Origin: a virus
Length of the DNA stretch: 64,000 bases
IMG/VR virus record: IMGVR_UViG_3300024999_000040
Span: 64,001-128,000 of that record
Direction: 5' to 3' (one strand)
Shown: positions 43,192-54,184 of the stretch, piece by piece
How the letters are laid out: every line of letters starts with the position of its first letter
Numbering within the stretch: the first letter of the stretch is position 1
Notes under the pieces: generated by a model
Told to the model about the DNA's origin: nothing
Database searches by the model: none
Seen by the model: the letters and a program-made list of their open reading frames with translations, nothing else
Translations under genes and position numbers: made by a program

Positions 43192-43213
43192 CAATAAAAC
43201 TTATGATTTATCT
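43192..43213. repeat. 8-6-8 boundary site
   Basis: caataaaa-cttatg-atttatct. Confidence 0.55.
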
Positions 43214-43740
43214 TGTTTTCTTTTAATTCTCAGTTCTTTCAATTTCTCTTTCTTTACTTTTAGTAATTCATCAATCTTTTCTTGTAACTTTTCATTTTCT
43301 ATTTCTAATGGATTCTTTTTCTTCTCAACAATACGTTCCTCATATCCGAACATTTCATTTGTAAAATTAATAGCAGAAGCATAAGACCTAGTTAAACTTA
43401 AAAATTTAATGTTATTTCTTATTTGTCTATGTAATCTAGTTATTTGTTTAGTTTCTGAATATGTAACCATTCTAGTTTCTCTTGCTTTTTTGGTTCTTTC
43501 TTCTTTTACTTTACGTTTTTCTTCTTCTCTTTTCCATCTTCTGTCTTCGGACTCTTCACAACGTCTTTGACCATCAACCATTCTATCATATATGTCATCC
43601 ATATCATCATCTGGATTCCAAGACATACCAACGCAAGGTGGTTCAATTGGTATACCTCCCGGAGATGAAGTCATACCACCAGTGCACATTTCACCTAATA
43701 ATGGACATTGACTACAATCTTCAAGTTCTTTATATAGCAT
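43201..43740 (-). CDS. Cys-rich N-terminus plus coiled-coil protein
   Basis: CSQCPL...C.GG...PIEPPC. Confidence 0.6.
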   Translation of the reverse strand: MLYKELEDCSQCPLLGEMCTGGMTSSPGGIPIEPPCVGMSWNPDDDMDDIYDRMVDGQRRCEESEDRRWKREEEKRKVKEERTKKARETRMVTYSETKQITRLHRQIRNNIKFLSLTRSYASAINFTNEMFGYEERIVEKKKNPLEIENEKLQEKIDELLKVKKEKLKELRIKRKQDKS

Positions 43741-44231
43741 TTTTATACCTCTTTATTTTTTACACTTTTCATAGTTCCAGTGTTCACAAGGAACGTCATA
43801 AGATTTTTCATCCATCAAATCAAGTATTTTTTGTGCTAGATTTTTAGGAGTTATCCAATATGACATTTCAGGAGGCAATTCACCTCTATTGTTTTTCACA
43901 TTGTCAGTAATAACAAAGTCTTTTTCATAAGTATCGTAACTATCATAACTAGGTGTTTTATCTGTCTTTAATATTCCTTCTAATGCATCTCTTAAATAAT
44001 CGACATGTAACCAACCTGCAACAAGTTTACGTGACTTCACTTGCCTATTTAAATCCCATAACTGTGTGCTTTTATGATTTATTTCTGAATATATTGGTTT
44101 AATACTTTTCATAAGATTTTCAAATGTCTTATTCAGTTCATTTAATTGTACTATAAATTCATCAATCTGAGAATATAATTCTTCTGGACTAATTTGATTG
44201 TTTTGATCTTCCATTTTTACTCCTTTCAAGT

Positions 44232-44253
44232 GAATAAAATCTGGTGTTCATAG
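44232..44253. repeat. 8-6-8 boundary site
   Basis: gaataaaa-tctggt-gttcatag. Confidence 0.55.
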
Positions 44254-44255
44254 AC

Positions 44256-44720
44256 TTATCTTAACACTAATAAATAAAACATATATCCAAAGTAACTTAA
44301 ATATATAGTACTTGTGATAAATCCTTTGACTGTAAATCTTTTCATATCATCAAGAGCAACTTCATATCTCACTCTTCCTTCATCAGTTTTCAAATCACAC
44401 TTTGGCTTATTGTTTCTGTTAAATACAAATGTACTAAACAATAAGTAAAATATTGTAAATATAGTAGGATATTTGTAAATATCTACACCAAAGGCATTTA
44501 CTAGGTATATACCCTCTGCAATAATTAAAAGCAAAACTAATAACATTTTCCAACTAATTTTTAGTATTTCTTTTCCAATTGTTTCTTTCTCTTTTTCCTC
44601 AATTGTTTGTGCCTGTTTTAATGTTAGTTCTCCATGCTTCTTCATTATATCAAAGAATAAATTTCCTCTAACCAATGAAGCCGCATAATATGTAATAAAT
44701 ACTACTGTCCAAAATATCAT
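44256..44720 (-). CDS. multi-pass membrane protein
   Basis: about four hydrophobic segments. Confidence 0.65.
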   Translation of the reverse strand: MIFWTVVFITYYAASLVRGNLFFDIMKKHGELTLKQAQTIEEKEKETIGKEILKISWKMLLVLLLIIAEGIYLVNAFGVDIYKYPTIFTIFYLLFSTFVFNRNNKPKCDLKTDEGRVRYEVALDDMKRFTVKGFITSTIYLSYFGYMFYLLVLR

Positions 44721-44731
44721 AATTTTCTCCT

Positions 44732-45197
44732 TTACTCCTGCATCTCAAATTCAACGTTACATTCACCACAAATAATATTCTTATCTGCTTTAGCCTTTAT
44801 CTTTTCTTCACATTGAGGACAAATGTATGTGAATTGTGTTTTCTCTTTAGGTGTACTTTCTTTTAACGGAGCATTCCTAAAATAAGAGAAACATTCCATA
44901 TTTAACTTTATACTTTCATCAATGAAAGCCTTAAATTCTTCTGAACACGTTGTATGACCAAATCCATACTTCTTACTCTTGTCAACTATTAATCCTACAG
45001 CTTCAGCAGCCTTTTTAAACTTTTTATTATGTACTTGACCATTACAATCCTTAATCTCTGCTATTTTGTTAGCGTAGTGTACCATTTCATGTTGTAGCGT
45101 ACATACTATCTCATATCCATCTCTGCTGAGATATTCAGCACACATATGTAATTTCATACCACATATCTTCTGAAGAATCTAGTAAATATAATTTCAT
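44732..45197 (-). pseudogene. 5'-truncated, frameshifted SprT-like metalloprotease
   Basis: HEMVH, HNKKFK, C-terminal CPQC/CGEC; expected YEIT-MCAEYL join is broken by one extra base; N-terminal part missing. Confidence 0.6.
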
Positions 45198-45649
45198 ATA
45201 TTAATCCTCATCCTCTACTATATCTATTTTATTTACTGTTTCAGGAGTCAACCCTATACCCATTAGAAAATTCTTAAATTCATCAACTAAGAATTCTAAA
45301 GAAGTTTTATCCATAAATACTGCATCGGTAAAAGTTTTTGTAATTCTACTTTCTTGACCAAATTCATCAGTATAGGCAAAATCTGTTTTTATAATATTTT
45401 CTTCCATTATTATTTCTCCTTTCAGGCATCAACTATCATATTGATATTCTGGAGTACAAATAAATCTGTAACTATATTCTTGTTCTTTTATTTCAAAAAT
45501 TATTCTAGTTGCATCTCTATATTTGTCTCTTAGTATATCAAAGACTAATTTACAAACTTCTTTATCATCCATATTTTCAATTTCTATTCTTATTTCATCT
45601 TTCATATCATGTTTATAAATATTATTTGAACAATCAATTTGTACCATAA

Positions 45650-46609
45650 TTATTCTCCTTTAACAATTTTAAACATTTCATCAATTGTTCCTAATAACTC
45701 ATATCTATTTAAAGAAGTGGAATTCTTAGCAAAATCTTCTTTTACCAAATCTATATACATTGTAAATTGACCATCATCTCCCATATAAAATTCATTCCAT
45801 TCTTCGGTTGTGAATAGCCTTCTTATATTCAATTGTTCTAATGCTAGATTATCAAAACTAACCACCTCGAAAGAAGCAATGATTTTATGCATATTATCAT
45901 AAATAGATTTCTGATTTTTTACTATATTATCTTCATTATTTCCTTTGTACTCATGACCTCTTCTTAAATCTTTATATCCTAATATTAAAAGTTTATATCC
46001 TTTATTCGATAATTTCATAATACTATCAAAAGAATGAATTCCATTAATAACATGAATTACTGTATTCTTCTTATATTCATTTACTTCTCCATCATCATAT
46101 ATATCTAAAGTAAATATTCTTTCTAATTCTTCGGCATCTCCATTATAAGATATACCAACTCCATATACTTCTTTATGCTTCATCCAATGAAAAATATCAT
46201 AAACATTTTGAGATTTAAAATAATTTTCTTTACCATTAAAGTTCATAAATTCACCAGTTAGATGATTTTGATTAACAGTTATATTTGCTATAATCCCCTT
46301 ACTCTTACACCATTTTAAGAACATATATAAATCTTTATTCTCAAAAATATTCCCTCCACCTATAGCAAGTTCCGTTCCTGCTCTTAGTGAGTATAAAAAT
46401 TCATGATTAAAATTTGCATTTTTACCATCTGGAGTAGAATTTTCATGACAAAAAGCACAGCCCATATCACACTTATCAGAAATTTTAATATCAATATTTT
46501 CAGGAAAAGAAGATATGAATTTATCCTCGTTGTTTTCCCTTATTTTTGTTCCATCATCATAAAGTTTTACAGAATAATTTCCATTTATGTATTCATGAAG
46601 TAAATTCAT
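45650..46609 (-). CDS. radical SAM enzyme
   Basis: PENIDIKI, CDMGCAFCHE, AIGGG, NITVN. Confidence 0.9.
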   Translation of the reverse strand: MNLLHEYINGNYSVKLYDDGTKIRENNEDKFISSFPENIDIKISDKCDMGCAFCHENSTPDGKNANFNHEFLYSLRAGTELAIGGGNIFENKDLYMFLKWCKSKGIIANITVNQNHLTGEFMNFNGKENYFKSQNVYDIFHWMKHKEVYGVGISYNGDAEELERIFTLDIYDDGEVNEYKKNTVIHVINGIHSFDSIMKLSNKGYKLLILGYKDLRRGHEYKGNNEDNIVKNQKSIYDNMHKIIASFEVVSFDNLALEQLNIRRLFTTEEWNEFYMGDDGQFTMYIDLVKEDFAKNSTSLNRYELLGTIDEMFKIVKGE

Positions 46610-46632
46610 ATCTCTTATCTCCTTTTTCTTAA

Positions 46633-46926
46633 TTAACCATCATATCCAAAATAACCAAATGCTACTACTTCGTCACCGCTTTTAGTAGTAAAAGATTGTG
46701 AAAATTCTTCATAATCTCTTCCGTAATTTTCAAAAGTACATAAATCACTCCACTTATGTTCCTTTTTATACTTATCTAATTCATCAATTGGTACGAAAAT
46801 ATTTTCGTCTTTATCAAGTAATACTTCACCTTTCTTCCATTTTAAGTAATCTTCCTTTGCAACAATAGAAAGACTATGAGTAGAACTACTATTTGTTTCA
46901 AAAATACTTCTTCTAATTTGAATCAT
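46633..46926 (-). CDS. FETNSSS-motif protein 2
   Basis: IRRSIFETNSSSTHSL. Confidence 0.7.
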   Translation of the reverse strand: MIQIRRSIFETNSSSTHSLSIVAKEDYLKWKKGEVLLDKDENIFVPIDELDKYKKEHKWSDLCTFENYGRDYEEFSQSFTTKSGDEVVAFGYFGYDG

Positions 46927-46941
46927 ATGTAACCTCCTTTC

Positions 46942-47409
46942 TTAGTGATTATCGTTGTCAATGATTATAAAATATTTATCATTGAAAACGATATCTCTCA
47001 TATTATTTTTAAATTCTTCTTTGTTTTCAGACCAGACATCATCAAGAATATCTGTAGATTGATGATCTATGTAACCATCTTTATACCACTCATCATTTTT
47101 ATCATATGGCTCATAAACCAATTCACTACCAGTATAATCTTTAAACATTTCAGAAAGCCATTGAAAAAATCTACTCTCTGCTATTTCCTCACTAGAATCT
47201 TTGTATTGAATCATTGTAGCAATATAATTTAGTTTTTCTAGTGGAGAAGAAAGATTGTCTCCTGACCATCCATATTCGTCTGAACTAACTGTTACAGATT
47301 TACCAAATTTATATATACCCATTCTATCTTTACCTACCATTGCCAAACTGTGCATTGAACTTGAATTTGTTTCAAATACGCTTCTTCTTATTACTGTCTT
47401 CATTTTCAA
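46942..47409 (-). CDS. FETNSSS-motif protein 1
   Basis: IRRSVFETNSSSMHSL, YGW, GYIDHQS, C-terminal DND. Confidence 0.7.
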   Translation of the reverse strand: MKMKTVIRRSVFETNSSSMHSLAMVGKDRMGIYKFGKSVTVSSDEYGWSGDNLSSPLEKLNYIATMIQYKDSSEEIAESRFFQWLSEMFKDYTGSELVYEPYDKNDEWYKDGYIDHQSTDILDDVWSENKEEFKNNMRDIVFNDKYFIIIDNDNH

Positions 47410-47446
47410 TTTACCTTTCTTTTATTATTATATTTTTTATATTGCC

Positions 47447-47468
47447 CTTTAAAATTATCAATTTAAAT
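47447..47468. repeat. 8-6-8 boundary site (degenerate)
   Basis: ctttaaaa-ttatca-atttaaat; stop codon at 47463. Confidence 0.45.
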
Positions 47469-48095
47469 ACTTAATTTACTAAAATAATCTAAATTACTAA
47501 TAAATTTAATGATCTTATCATTTTCAAAAACTACAAATTCTGTAACAAGCTTTTCTTGCTTTGATAAATCTGCATCTTCATATTCTTCTGTATTTTTATT
47601 ATAGCTTCCAAACCAATTTTCTACTCCATCATCACAACTGGTATTCTTCCAAATAAAGTATGGATATTCATTTTCATCTAATTTCAATATTTCATCAGCA
47701 ATTTCATTAAATATTTCAATAATATGTTGCTGCTTTAATGGATATTCTCCGTCAGTATGTTTATTAAATTCTACATTTTGTGCTGCAAATCTACGAATAC
47801 TCGCTGCTATTATTTGCTTGTCATTGGTAAAGAAAACTTGCTGATTACTTAATTCCCAACAAACTCTATCAGGTGTATTTTGACAATTGTTAACTTTATT
47901 ATTTAATGGATTGAAAAGACTACCATCTGATATTAAACTCTTTTTATATCCAAATGGAGTTTCTATTAATCCTCTTATATATTTGTCTGATAATATACCC
48001 CATATTATAGGACTAAACAACCACGAATTTCCAAATTCTAAAATTTCGCTACCATTAAAATTTTTATCCATAACCCATAAACTACTTGTACTCAT
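47463..48095 (-). CDS. hypothetical protein
   Basis: 210-aa ORF, strong RBS. Confidence 0.7.
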   Translation of the reverse strand: MSTSSLWVMDKNFNGSEILEFGNSWLFSPIIWGILSDKYIRGLIETPFGYKKSLISDGSLFNPLNNKVNNCQNTPDRVCWELSNQQVFFTNDKQIIAASIRRFAAQNVEFNKHTDGEYPLKQQHIIEIFNEIADEILKLDENEYPYFIWKNTSCDDGVENWFGSYNKNTEEYEDADLSKQEKLVTEFVVFENDKIIKFISNLDYFSKLSI

Positions 48096-48117
48096 ATTCC
48101 TTCTCCTTTAATTTACC

Positions 48118-48139
48118 ACATGAAATTTGTGTTTTATTG
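48118..48139. repeat. 8-6-8 boundary site
   Basis: acatgaaa-tttgtg-ttttattg; stop codon at 48134. Confidence 0.7.
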
Positions 48140-48465
48140 TTTTTCATTCCATTTTTCAAATTGTTGTAGCATATCCAAGCTATGATAACAATCCATTGGT
48201 ACTTTTAAAGGTTCACTCTGATCATACCATTTATCTACTTGTAAACTTTTGTGTGAATTTCTCATACAAAAACAACAAGGTCTTTCACCACTAGGTATTC
48301 CAGGAAAGTCTGTGCCTTCTACCAATTTACCATCTGTATATGTACAATAAGCTGCTGAATGAGAACAACCATAGCATATTAATGGTTGATTGTTTTCATC
48401 TTTGACACAATCATTTAATCTTTTTAAAATATCACTCATATATTACCTCAACTTTTCTATCTATT

Positions 48466-48494
48466 ATTATATCACCTTAGTTAACCAAAGTCAA
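48466..48494 (-). promoter_or_regulatory. sigmaA-type promoter with conserved spacer box
   Basis: TTGACT-17-TATAAT; spacer contains TTAACTAAGGTGA. Confidence 0.75.
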
Positions 48495-48784
48495 TTGTTT
48501 CCATAAATATTCTTAGTTCCATCAATTACATTCTTAATTTCTTTTAACTGTGTAGCTAATATGTATGTCGTATTTGTAGAATCATCTATACCAAAGATTA
48601 CAATACCCTCAGAATCCTCGTATACACTCATTCTTAGCTGTTTATTGTGTAGATCGCTCCAGTGAATTGTTTGAATATCTTTTTTTGAAAAAAATAAATT
48701 ACTCATAATTATACCTTTCTTATAGTTATTATGTATAAAAGTTATTTTTAGAAATATACTATATGTGCATATAACTACACAATA

Positions 48785-48850
48785 CATTAATGGCATCTAT
48801 TATAGTATGATTTGGGGTGGGTGGTAGGACTTTAATTAGGTGTCATTAAT
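48785..48850. other. long hairpin with G/C-rich loop
   Basis: ATTAATGGCATCTA/TAGGTGTCATTAAT stem; plus-strand loop GGGGTGGGTGG. Confidence 0.5.
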
Positions 48851-48869
48851 TATGTAAAAATTTAAAACA

Positions 48870-48891
48870 CATTGAAATGCATCATTCGTGG
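48870..48891. repeat. 8-6-8 boundary site
   Basis: cattgaaa-tgcatc-attcgtgg. Confidence 0.55.
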
Positions 48892-49558
48892 TCTTACTTC
48901 TTTTCATCAAAATAAACACTATACCACCAACGATTTAATCTCTTGATATTTAATTTAAAATTCTTTTGAATGTAAATATTCTCTTTTAATAATTCAAGAA
49001 TATTTTCTCTTACTTTCACTTTTAATCCAACAACTAAAGGATGTGCAAAAACCCTATCCTTATTTTCTTTACCTTGAATTATTGTTAACTGATAAAACGT
49101 ATTGTCTGGTTGATTAGGATTTGCTAAATCATAGCTAAGAATATGTTCTTTATCCATTATAATTACCTGAAAATTCATTAATATCTACAGGAAAACTTCC
49201 TATATCTTCAGTCATAAAAATGTCTGCACCACATAAATATTCTTCCTTCATTTCATCCAAGTCAAAATCATAAGTCTTAGCCAACTTAGTAAAATGTTTT
49301 ATTCTACTATAACCCTGATTTAAGGTATGACCTTCTTCAACTAATTTACCGTTTATGTATAGACCTTCCCAATCGTCTGAAATTAATAATATTGCCTTGT
49401 TCATGGTTGACCCTTCCTTATGTTAAAAAATTCATTCAACTCTCTACTTAGTAATAATTGGATATTCATTGGAATACTAAAAGATTCGCTTCTCATACAA
49501 TTATCAGGTAAAGATACATAAGCATATTCTCTTCCTAATTTTAATTCTAATGTTGGGT

Positions 49559-50671
49559 CTAGTTTACACAATTCGGACAAAATTTTTGCAAATTATCATA
49601 ATTTAAATCATAATACTTACTATTAAAATCATATACATCATAAGGAATACCATAGGCAACATCAAACATTCCCAAAAAACCTGAATTTGAATTTCCTTTT
49701 GACCAATAAGACCCTGCAAGAGAAGTATATCCTAAAAATTTTTCGGCTTTTGGGGCATAATAGATACCATATCCAAAAAGTTTACCTGTAACTACTGCAT
49801 TTGGTCTTAATACTAAACCTGTATTAATTATTGACCAAAAATTCTCTGACTTCGACCCATGGAATAATAATTTACAATTCTTTATACTATTATTGTTTAC
49901 AAAATCATCAAACTTCTTTTGTGTTTTTAAATTAATAACTTTCCATGCTTGATAAAATTTATTGTTGCACGAACCTAACTGAGTTTTTATTATATCTCTT
50001 TCTTTATCAGATATTTCTTCAAACTTTAATCCCATAGTATCTAAAATTGTTTGAGTTGGAACATATGTATCTTCCACAACTTCATCGGTTAAGGACTGTT
50101 GAACTACTTGACCTTTCATAACATCAAGTAGGTCTTGTTCACTTTGAATTATTTTTCCAAAATCATTTTTATCACAGGCAAGATAATCTTTTACCTTACC
50201 CATCTTTCTAGGAATGATTCTAAATAATTCTAATAGAGTTTTATTAAACAATTCAAGATTTTCAGTTTTTATTAAATTATTTAATGTCATTTGTGCTTCT
50301 GTGACCATATTAATTGTACAGGCATTTGAAGATATTGTATAATTATCTGCTATTACTTGTTTAGCCATTGCTTGTAATCTTTGAACTATTTGAGCAATAG
50401 AAGGATTAGAAATATCTACGTATTCTTTTTTCTTTTGCTTTGTAATTGTTTCTGCAACTAATCTGGTTTGATCATGATATCCTTTTTTCAACTTTTCATT
50501 AAGTTTTTTATCCCATTGTGATATTGGATACTGTGCTGTTTGATATCCAGTTGCACCAACTCTACCATATTGAACGGTAAACGAATTTTCATCTGGATTT
50601 GGTATAAGACGATAATATTTGTTATTGTTTGCATCTGCTTCTACCATAACTAAATATAATGAGTTTTCCAT
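49559..50671 (-). CDS. WGR-domain PARP-like ADP-ribosyltransferase, C-terminally truncated
   Basis: NNNKYY...YGRVG...K.KKGY (WGR), LLFHGS...I...GL, GKLFGYGIYYA; ends before the catalytic Glu strand. Confidence 0.8.
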   Translation of the reverse strand: MENSLYLVMVEADANNNKYYRLIPNPDENSFTVQYGRVGATGYQTAQYPISQWDKKLNEKLKKGYHDQTRLVAETITKQKKKEYVDISNPSIAQIVQRLQAMAKQVIADNYTISSNACTINMVTEAQMTLNNLIKTENLELFNKTLLELFRIIPRKMGKVKDYLACDKNDFGKIIQSEQDLLDVMKGQVVQQSLTDEVVEDTYVPTQTILDTMGLKFEEISDKERDIIKTQLGSCNNKFYQAWKVINLKTQKKFDDFVNNNSIKNCKLLFHGSKSENFWSIINTGLVLRPNAVVTGKLFGYGIYYAPKAEKFLGYTSLAGSYWSKGNSNSGFLGMFDVAYGIPYDVYDFNSKYYDLNYDNLQKFCPNCVN

Positions 50672-50672
50672 A

Positions 50673-52646
50673 TTAAGCCATCCTTCCTATCATATCATTA
50701 AAAGATGCTTCAGTAATGATTGGTATATTTAAATCCTTTGCAGCCTTATTCTTTCCTGAAGTAGATGTAATGTCATTATTGATTAAAAAATTTGTCTTAC
50801 TGGAAACACTTCCGTTCAGTTTGCCATTAAGTGAAAGTATTAAATCTTCAAGTTCTTTACGATTCTTAAATGTTTTCACATCTCCTGTTACAACAAATGC
50901 AATTCCTGTAAGGTCTTTAAAACCTGTGGACTTCTTTTCTTCTGGTTTATTTATAGTAACATATTCCAACAACTCTTTAACCTGATTCATATTGTCCTGA
51001 TTCTGAAAATATTCATAAACAGCATAAGCGGTAATCAAACCAAAATCAGCAATACCAGTGAAATTATGATGAGATTTAGTTGCTTCTAAGAAAGCGTTTA
51101 TATCGTTTTTAAAGTGCTTCGCTAGTCTCTTACTTCCTCCGACTCCAATTTTCGGAATACCAAGAGCATAAATAAAGTTTTCAAACTTAACTGTCTTAGA
51201 ATTCTCAATTGCTTCTATGAGTTTGGAATAACTTCTCAAACCAAATCCTTCTGTATGGATAATATCCATCTTATATCTTTCAATCCTATAAATATCAGCA
51301 AATGTTTCTATCCAACCGTTATTGATGAAAGTCTCAATTCCTGCATCTGATAGTCCATCAATGTTCATTGCTTCCTTACTGACAAAATGAACAAACTTAT
51401 TTACCAACTTGGAAGAACAATCCTCATTCTCACAAAATAAAAATCTTGCCTCTTTAGGTCTTTTTATAACCAAATCACTACCGCATGAAGGACAATGCAT
51501 ATCTATCTTATATGTTCCTGAACGAGTTAAATTATCTTCAATCTGAGGGATCACGGCATTGGCTCGATACACTGTTACAATATCCCCTACACCTAACTGT
51601 AAAGATTCAAATATATCATAGTTATGCAAACTTGCTCTTGATACTTTTACTCCATCAATGTCCACTTCTTGAAATAATCCTGTAATTGAAGTCATACCTG
51701 TACGAGTAGTATTTAATTCAACTCCTATGAATGATGTTTCGCTAGAATCATCCTGCCATTTCAAAGCAAACATATTTTTAGTATGATGCCCTGTAGAGCC
51801 TTGTGATTTTCCATAAGCAATATCATTAAATTCAACAATAAGTCCATCAGTAAGATATGGTAAAGCAGGTAATTTTTCTTTAAAACTTTCTATACCTCCA
51901 ATGATACTAATAATATCTACTAATATAGCTTCTACTACTTCAAATCCTCTATCTTTTAGAAATTGTAATTGCTCCCTTTTAGTTAAAAGTAAATCAAAAT
52001 CACATTTAACTATTCCAAAAGCAATAAATATTAAGTTTCTATCTTTTGTAATATTAGCATCCAACTGTCTGACACTTCCCGAAGCCAAATTCCTAGGACT
52101 GGAATATGTTTCTTCACCTTTAACAATAAGTTCAGTATTTATTCTCTCAAACTCTTTAAATGCTACCAAACCTTCTCCACGAATTTCAAGATAACCATCA
52201 TAGTCAATCCAAAGTGGGACATTCGTGAACTTCATAACAGTGTGTGTCACATCTTCGCCTTCTTCGCCTCCACCTCTGGTTATAACTTGCTGCAATTTAC
52301 CTTTATTGTAACGAAGAACAAGAGTAAGACCGTCCAACTTCCAAGACAATACACATTCTTGATTATTCATGAATTTGATAACATCATTAATATCTTTTGA
52401 TTTCTCGGCAGACAACATAGGCTCAGTATGAGTAACTTTTTTCAAATAATCTACTACTTCTCCCTGAACTTTCTGCGTTGGTGAATTTGATAGAATATAA
52501 CCTGTTTCTGCTTCAAGTTCACAAAGATTATTATAGTAAGAGTCATACTCTTTGTCGGATATTTCAGGTTTATCTTTTGTATAATATTTTTTTGAATGAT
52601 AATTACACAGTCTCACGAGTTCTTTAATTTTTTCAATTTTACTCAT
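50673..52646 (-). CDS. ligA: NAD-dependent DNA ligase
   Basis: ISD.EYD, H..PMLS, KLDG, RGE, PRN.ASG, DG, ASLHN, IP, Zn finger, C-terminal BRCT. Confidence 0.95.
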   Translation of the reverse strand: MSKIEKIKELVRLCNYHSKKYYTKDKPEISDKEYDSYYNNLCELEAETGYILSNSPTQKVQGEVVDYLKKVTHTEPMLSAEKSKDINDVIKFMNNQECVLSWKLDGLTLVLRYNKGKLQQVITRGGGEEGEDVTHTVMKFTNVPLWIDYDGYLEIRGEGLVAFKEFERINTELIVKGEETYSSPRNLASGSVRQLDANITKDRNLIFIAFGIVKCDFDLLLTKREQLQFLKDRGFEVVEAILVDIISIIGGIESFKEKLPALPYLTDGLIVEFNDIAYGKSQGSTGHHTKNMFALKWQDDSSETSFIGVELNTTRTGMTSITGLFQEVDIDGVKVSRASLHNYDIFESLQLGVGDIVTVYRANAVIPQIEDNLTRSGTYKIDMHCPSCGSDLVIKRPKEARFLFCENEDCSSKLVNKFVHFVSKEAMNIDGLSDAGIETFINNGWIETFADIYRIERYKMDIIHTEGFGLRSYSKLIEAIENSKTVKFENFIYALGIPKIGVGGSKRLAKHFKNDINAFLEATKSHHNFTGIADFGLITAYAVYEYFQNQDNMNQVKELLEYVTINKPEEKKSTGFKDLTGIAFVVTGDVKTFKNRKELEDLILSLNGKLNGSVSSKTNFLINNDITSTSGKNKAAKDLNIPIITEASFNDMIGRMA

Positions 52647-53342
52647 TATTTTCTCCTTTTATATTTATCTTTTTATTATTTCTTCTTTCATCTGAACTCT
52701 CTAATACTTATCTTGAACTCCGTATTTTTCTTCTATTTGTTCAGTTCTCAAAAAGCAATTATCTTTTCCTAATTCAATATCAAATTTTGAATAACATTCC
52801 TGAGTACAATTTTGTAATAATAACTGACATCTTAACCACCTATTCACGTTCATTCTATCGGAACAATAATCCAAATAATTTAAAAATGAATTATACATTT
52901 TCAAATAATTTTCAAACTTATCTAAGTCTTTTGTTTCACACCAAATATCAGTAAGTCTATTTGGTAAATCATTATAACTTAAAAAATATTTTTCTGACAT
53001 TAGTTTCCATAAACATTCTACTTCTTTTAAAATGTAATAATCATTTAGATCATCATTAAGTTTAAAATTTTCAAGACTATTAATAAATTCTTCCCATTGC
53101 TCGTATGTAATTTCTATCTTCTTTTTCATTGTAAAAAAAAATCCTCCAATCTACATAAAATGTTTTATTTACTCTTTATAAAAGTAATTTTATTATTCAT
53201 ACTTTCAATTTCATAACCTAATTCAGCACATGCTATCTCCTGAACTATTGTTTGATCGAAATAAAAAGTATCATATCCAATACTATTTAGGTACTGTAAC
53301 ATTTCATCAAGTGTCATTCTATTCTTTAACATAAAAATTTCT

Positions 53343-53364
53343 CCTTCAAATGCCCATTTTATTT
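53343..53364. repeat. 8-6-8 boundary site (degenerate)
   Basis: ccttcaaa-tgccca-ttttattt. Confidence 0.45.
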
Positions 53365-53520
53365 ATATAATCCAAGTTTTTTGCATTCTTCTCTCATAAA
53401 AGCATGTTGTCTTTTACTTAATCCATAATAACCAAATACTAAAAAGTCATCGTAAGTTCTATTAATTTCCTTATTAATAAAATAATTCTTAATCATTTTT
53501 ATCATTTTTTTATTCCCTCT

Positions 53521-53542
53521 CAATGAAACATCTATTTCGTTG
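53521..53542. repeat. 8-6-8 boundary site
   Basis: caatgaaa-catcta-tttcgttg. Confidence 0.75.
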
Positions 53543-53547
53543 TCTTT

Positions 53548-54153
53548 TTATCCAGCACTTTTAAACACTTTTTCATGTACATAATCTGCTTCAGTTATTA
53601 CTTTTTTAATAATTTCATATATATTACTCTTGCTACAACCTTTAATTTCTGCCATTTCTAAAGGTGTTTTCTTTTGTAAAATATATTCAAATATTTCTCT
53701 GTTTCTACCTTTAAGTATTTCACGCAATTTTATAATTACTTTTTGATTATAAGTAGTATCAATAATATTTGTATAGCAACCTTTATCTTTAAGAACATCT
53801 ATTATCCTATCACCGTTTATTTGATTTCTTGATACAGGAGTATAAATAGAAATTACGTTCTTATCATACATTTTTATTTTATTTCTCGTAACCTTCATTT
53901 TCTTTAGTATCATTGACCTAATACAAATATAAGCCAATGTAGAAAATTTACAGTTCTTAGATTCATCATATCGTTTCATTGCATCATACAAACCCAACAT
54001 GCCTTCTTGAACAAAATCTTCCTCATCATATGTATTGATAATACTTGGATATGTTTTTCTTAAAACTTTCTTAACCAAGTTTTTGTTTTCTTCAAGAAAA
54101 TCATTTATTTTGTTTTTGTCTTGTAGTATTTCTTTAATGTTTATACTTTCCAT
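53548..54153 (-). CDS. sigma-70 family RNA polymerase sigma factor
   Basis: N..LV, EDFVQEG..GL..A..RYD....KFSTLAY.CI; region 4 HTH. Confidence 0.88.
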   Translation of the reverse strand: MESINIKEILQDKNKINDFLEENKNLVKKVLRKTYPSIINTYDEEDFVQEGMLGLYDAMKRYDESKNCKFSTLAYICIRSMILKKMKVTRNKIKMYDKNVISIYTPVSRNQINGDRIIDVLKDKGCYTNIIDTTYNQKVIIKLREILKGRNREIFEYILQKKTPLEMAEIKGCSKSNIYEIIKKVITEADYVHEKVFKSAG

Positions 54154-54184
54154 TATTATCTCTCTTTCATAATCTTTTAATGTC

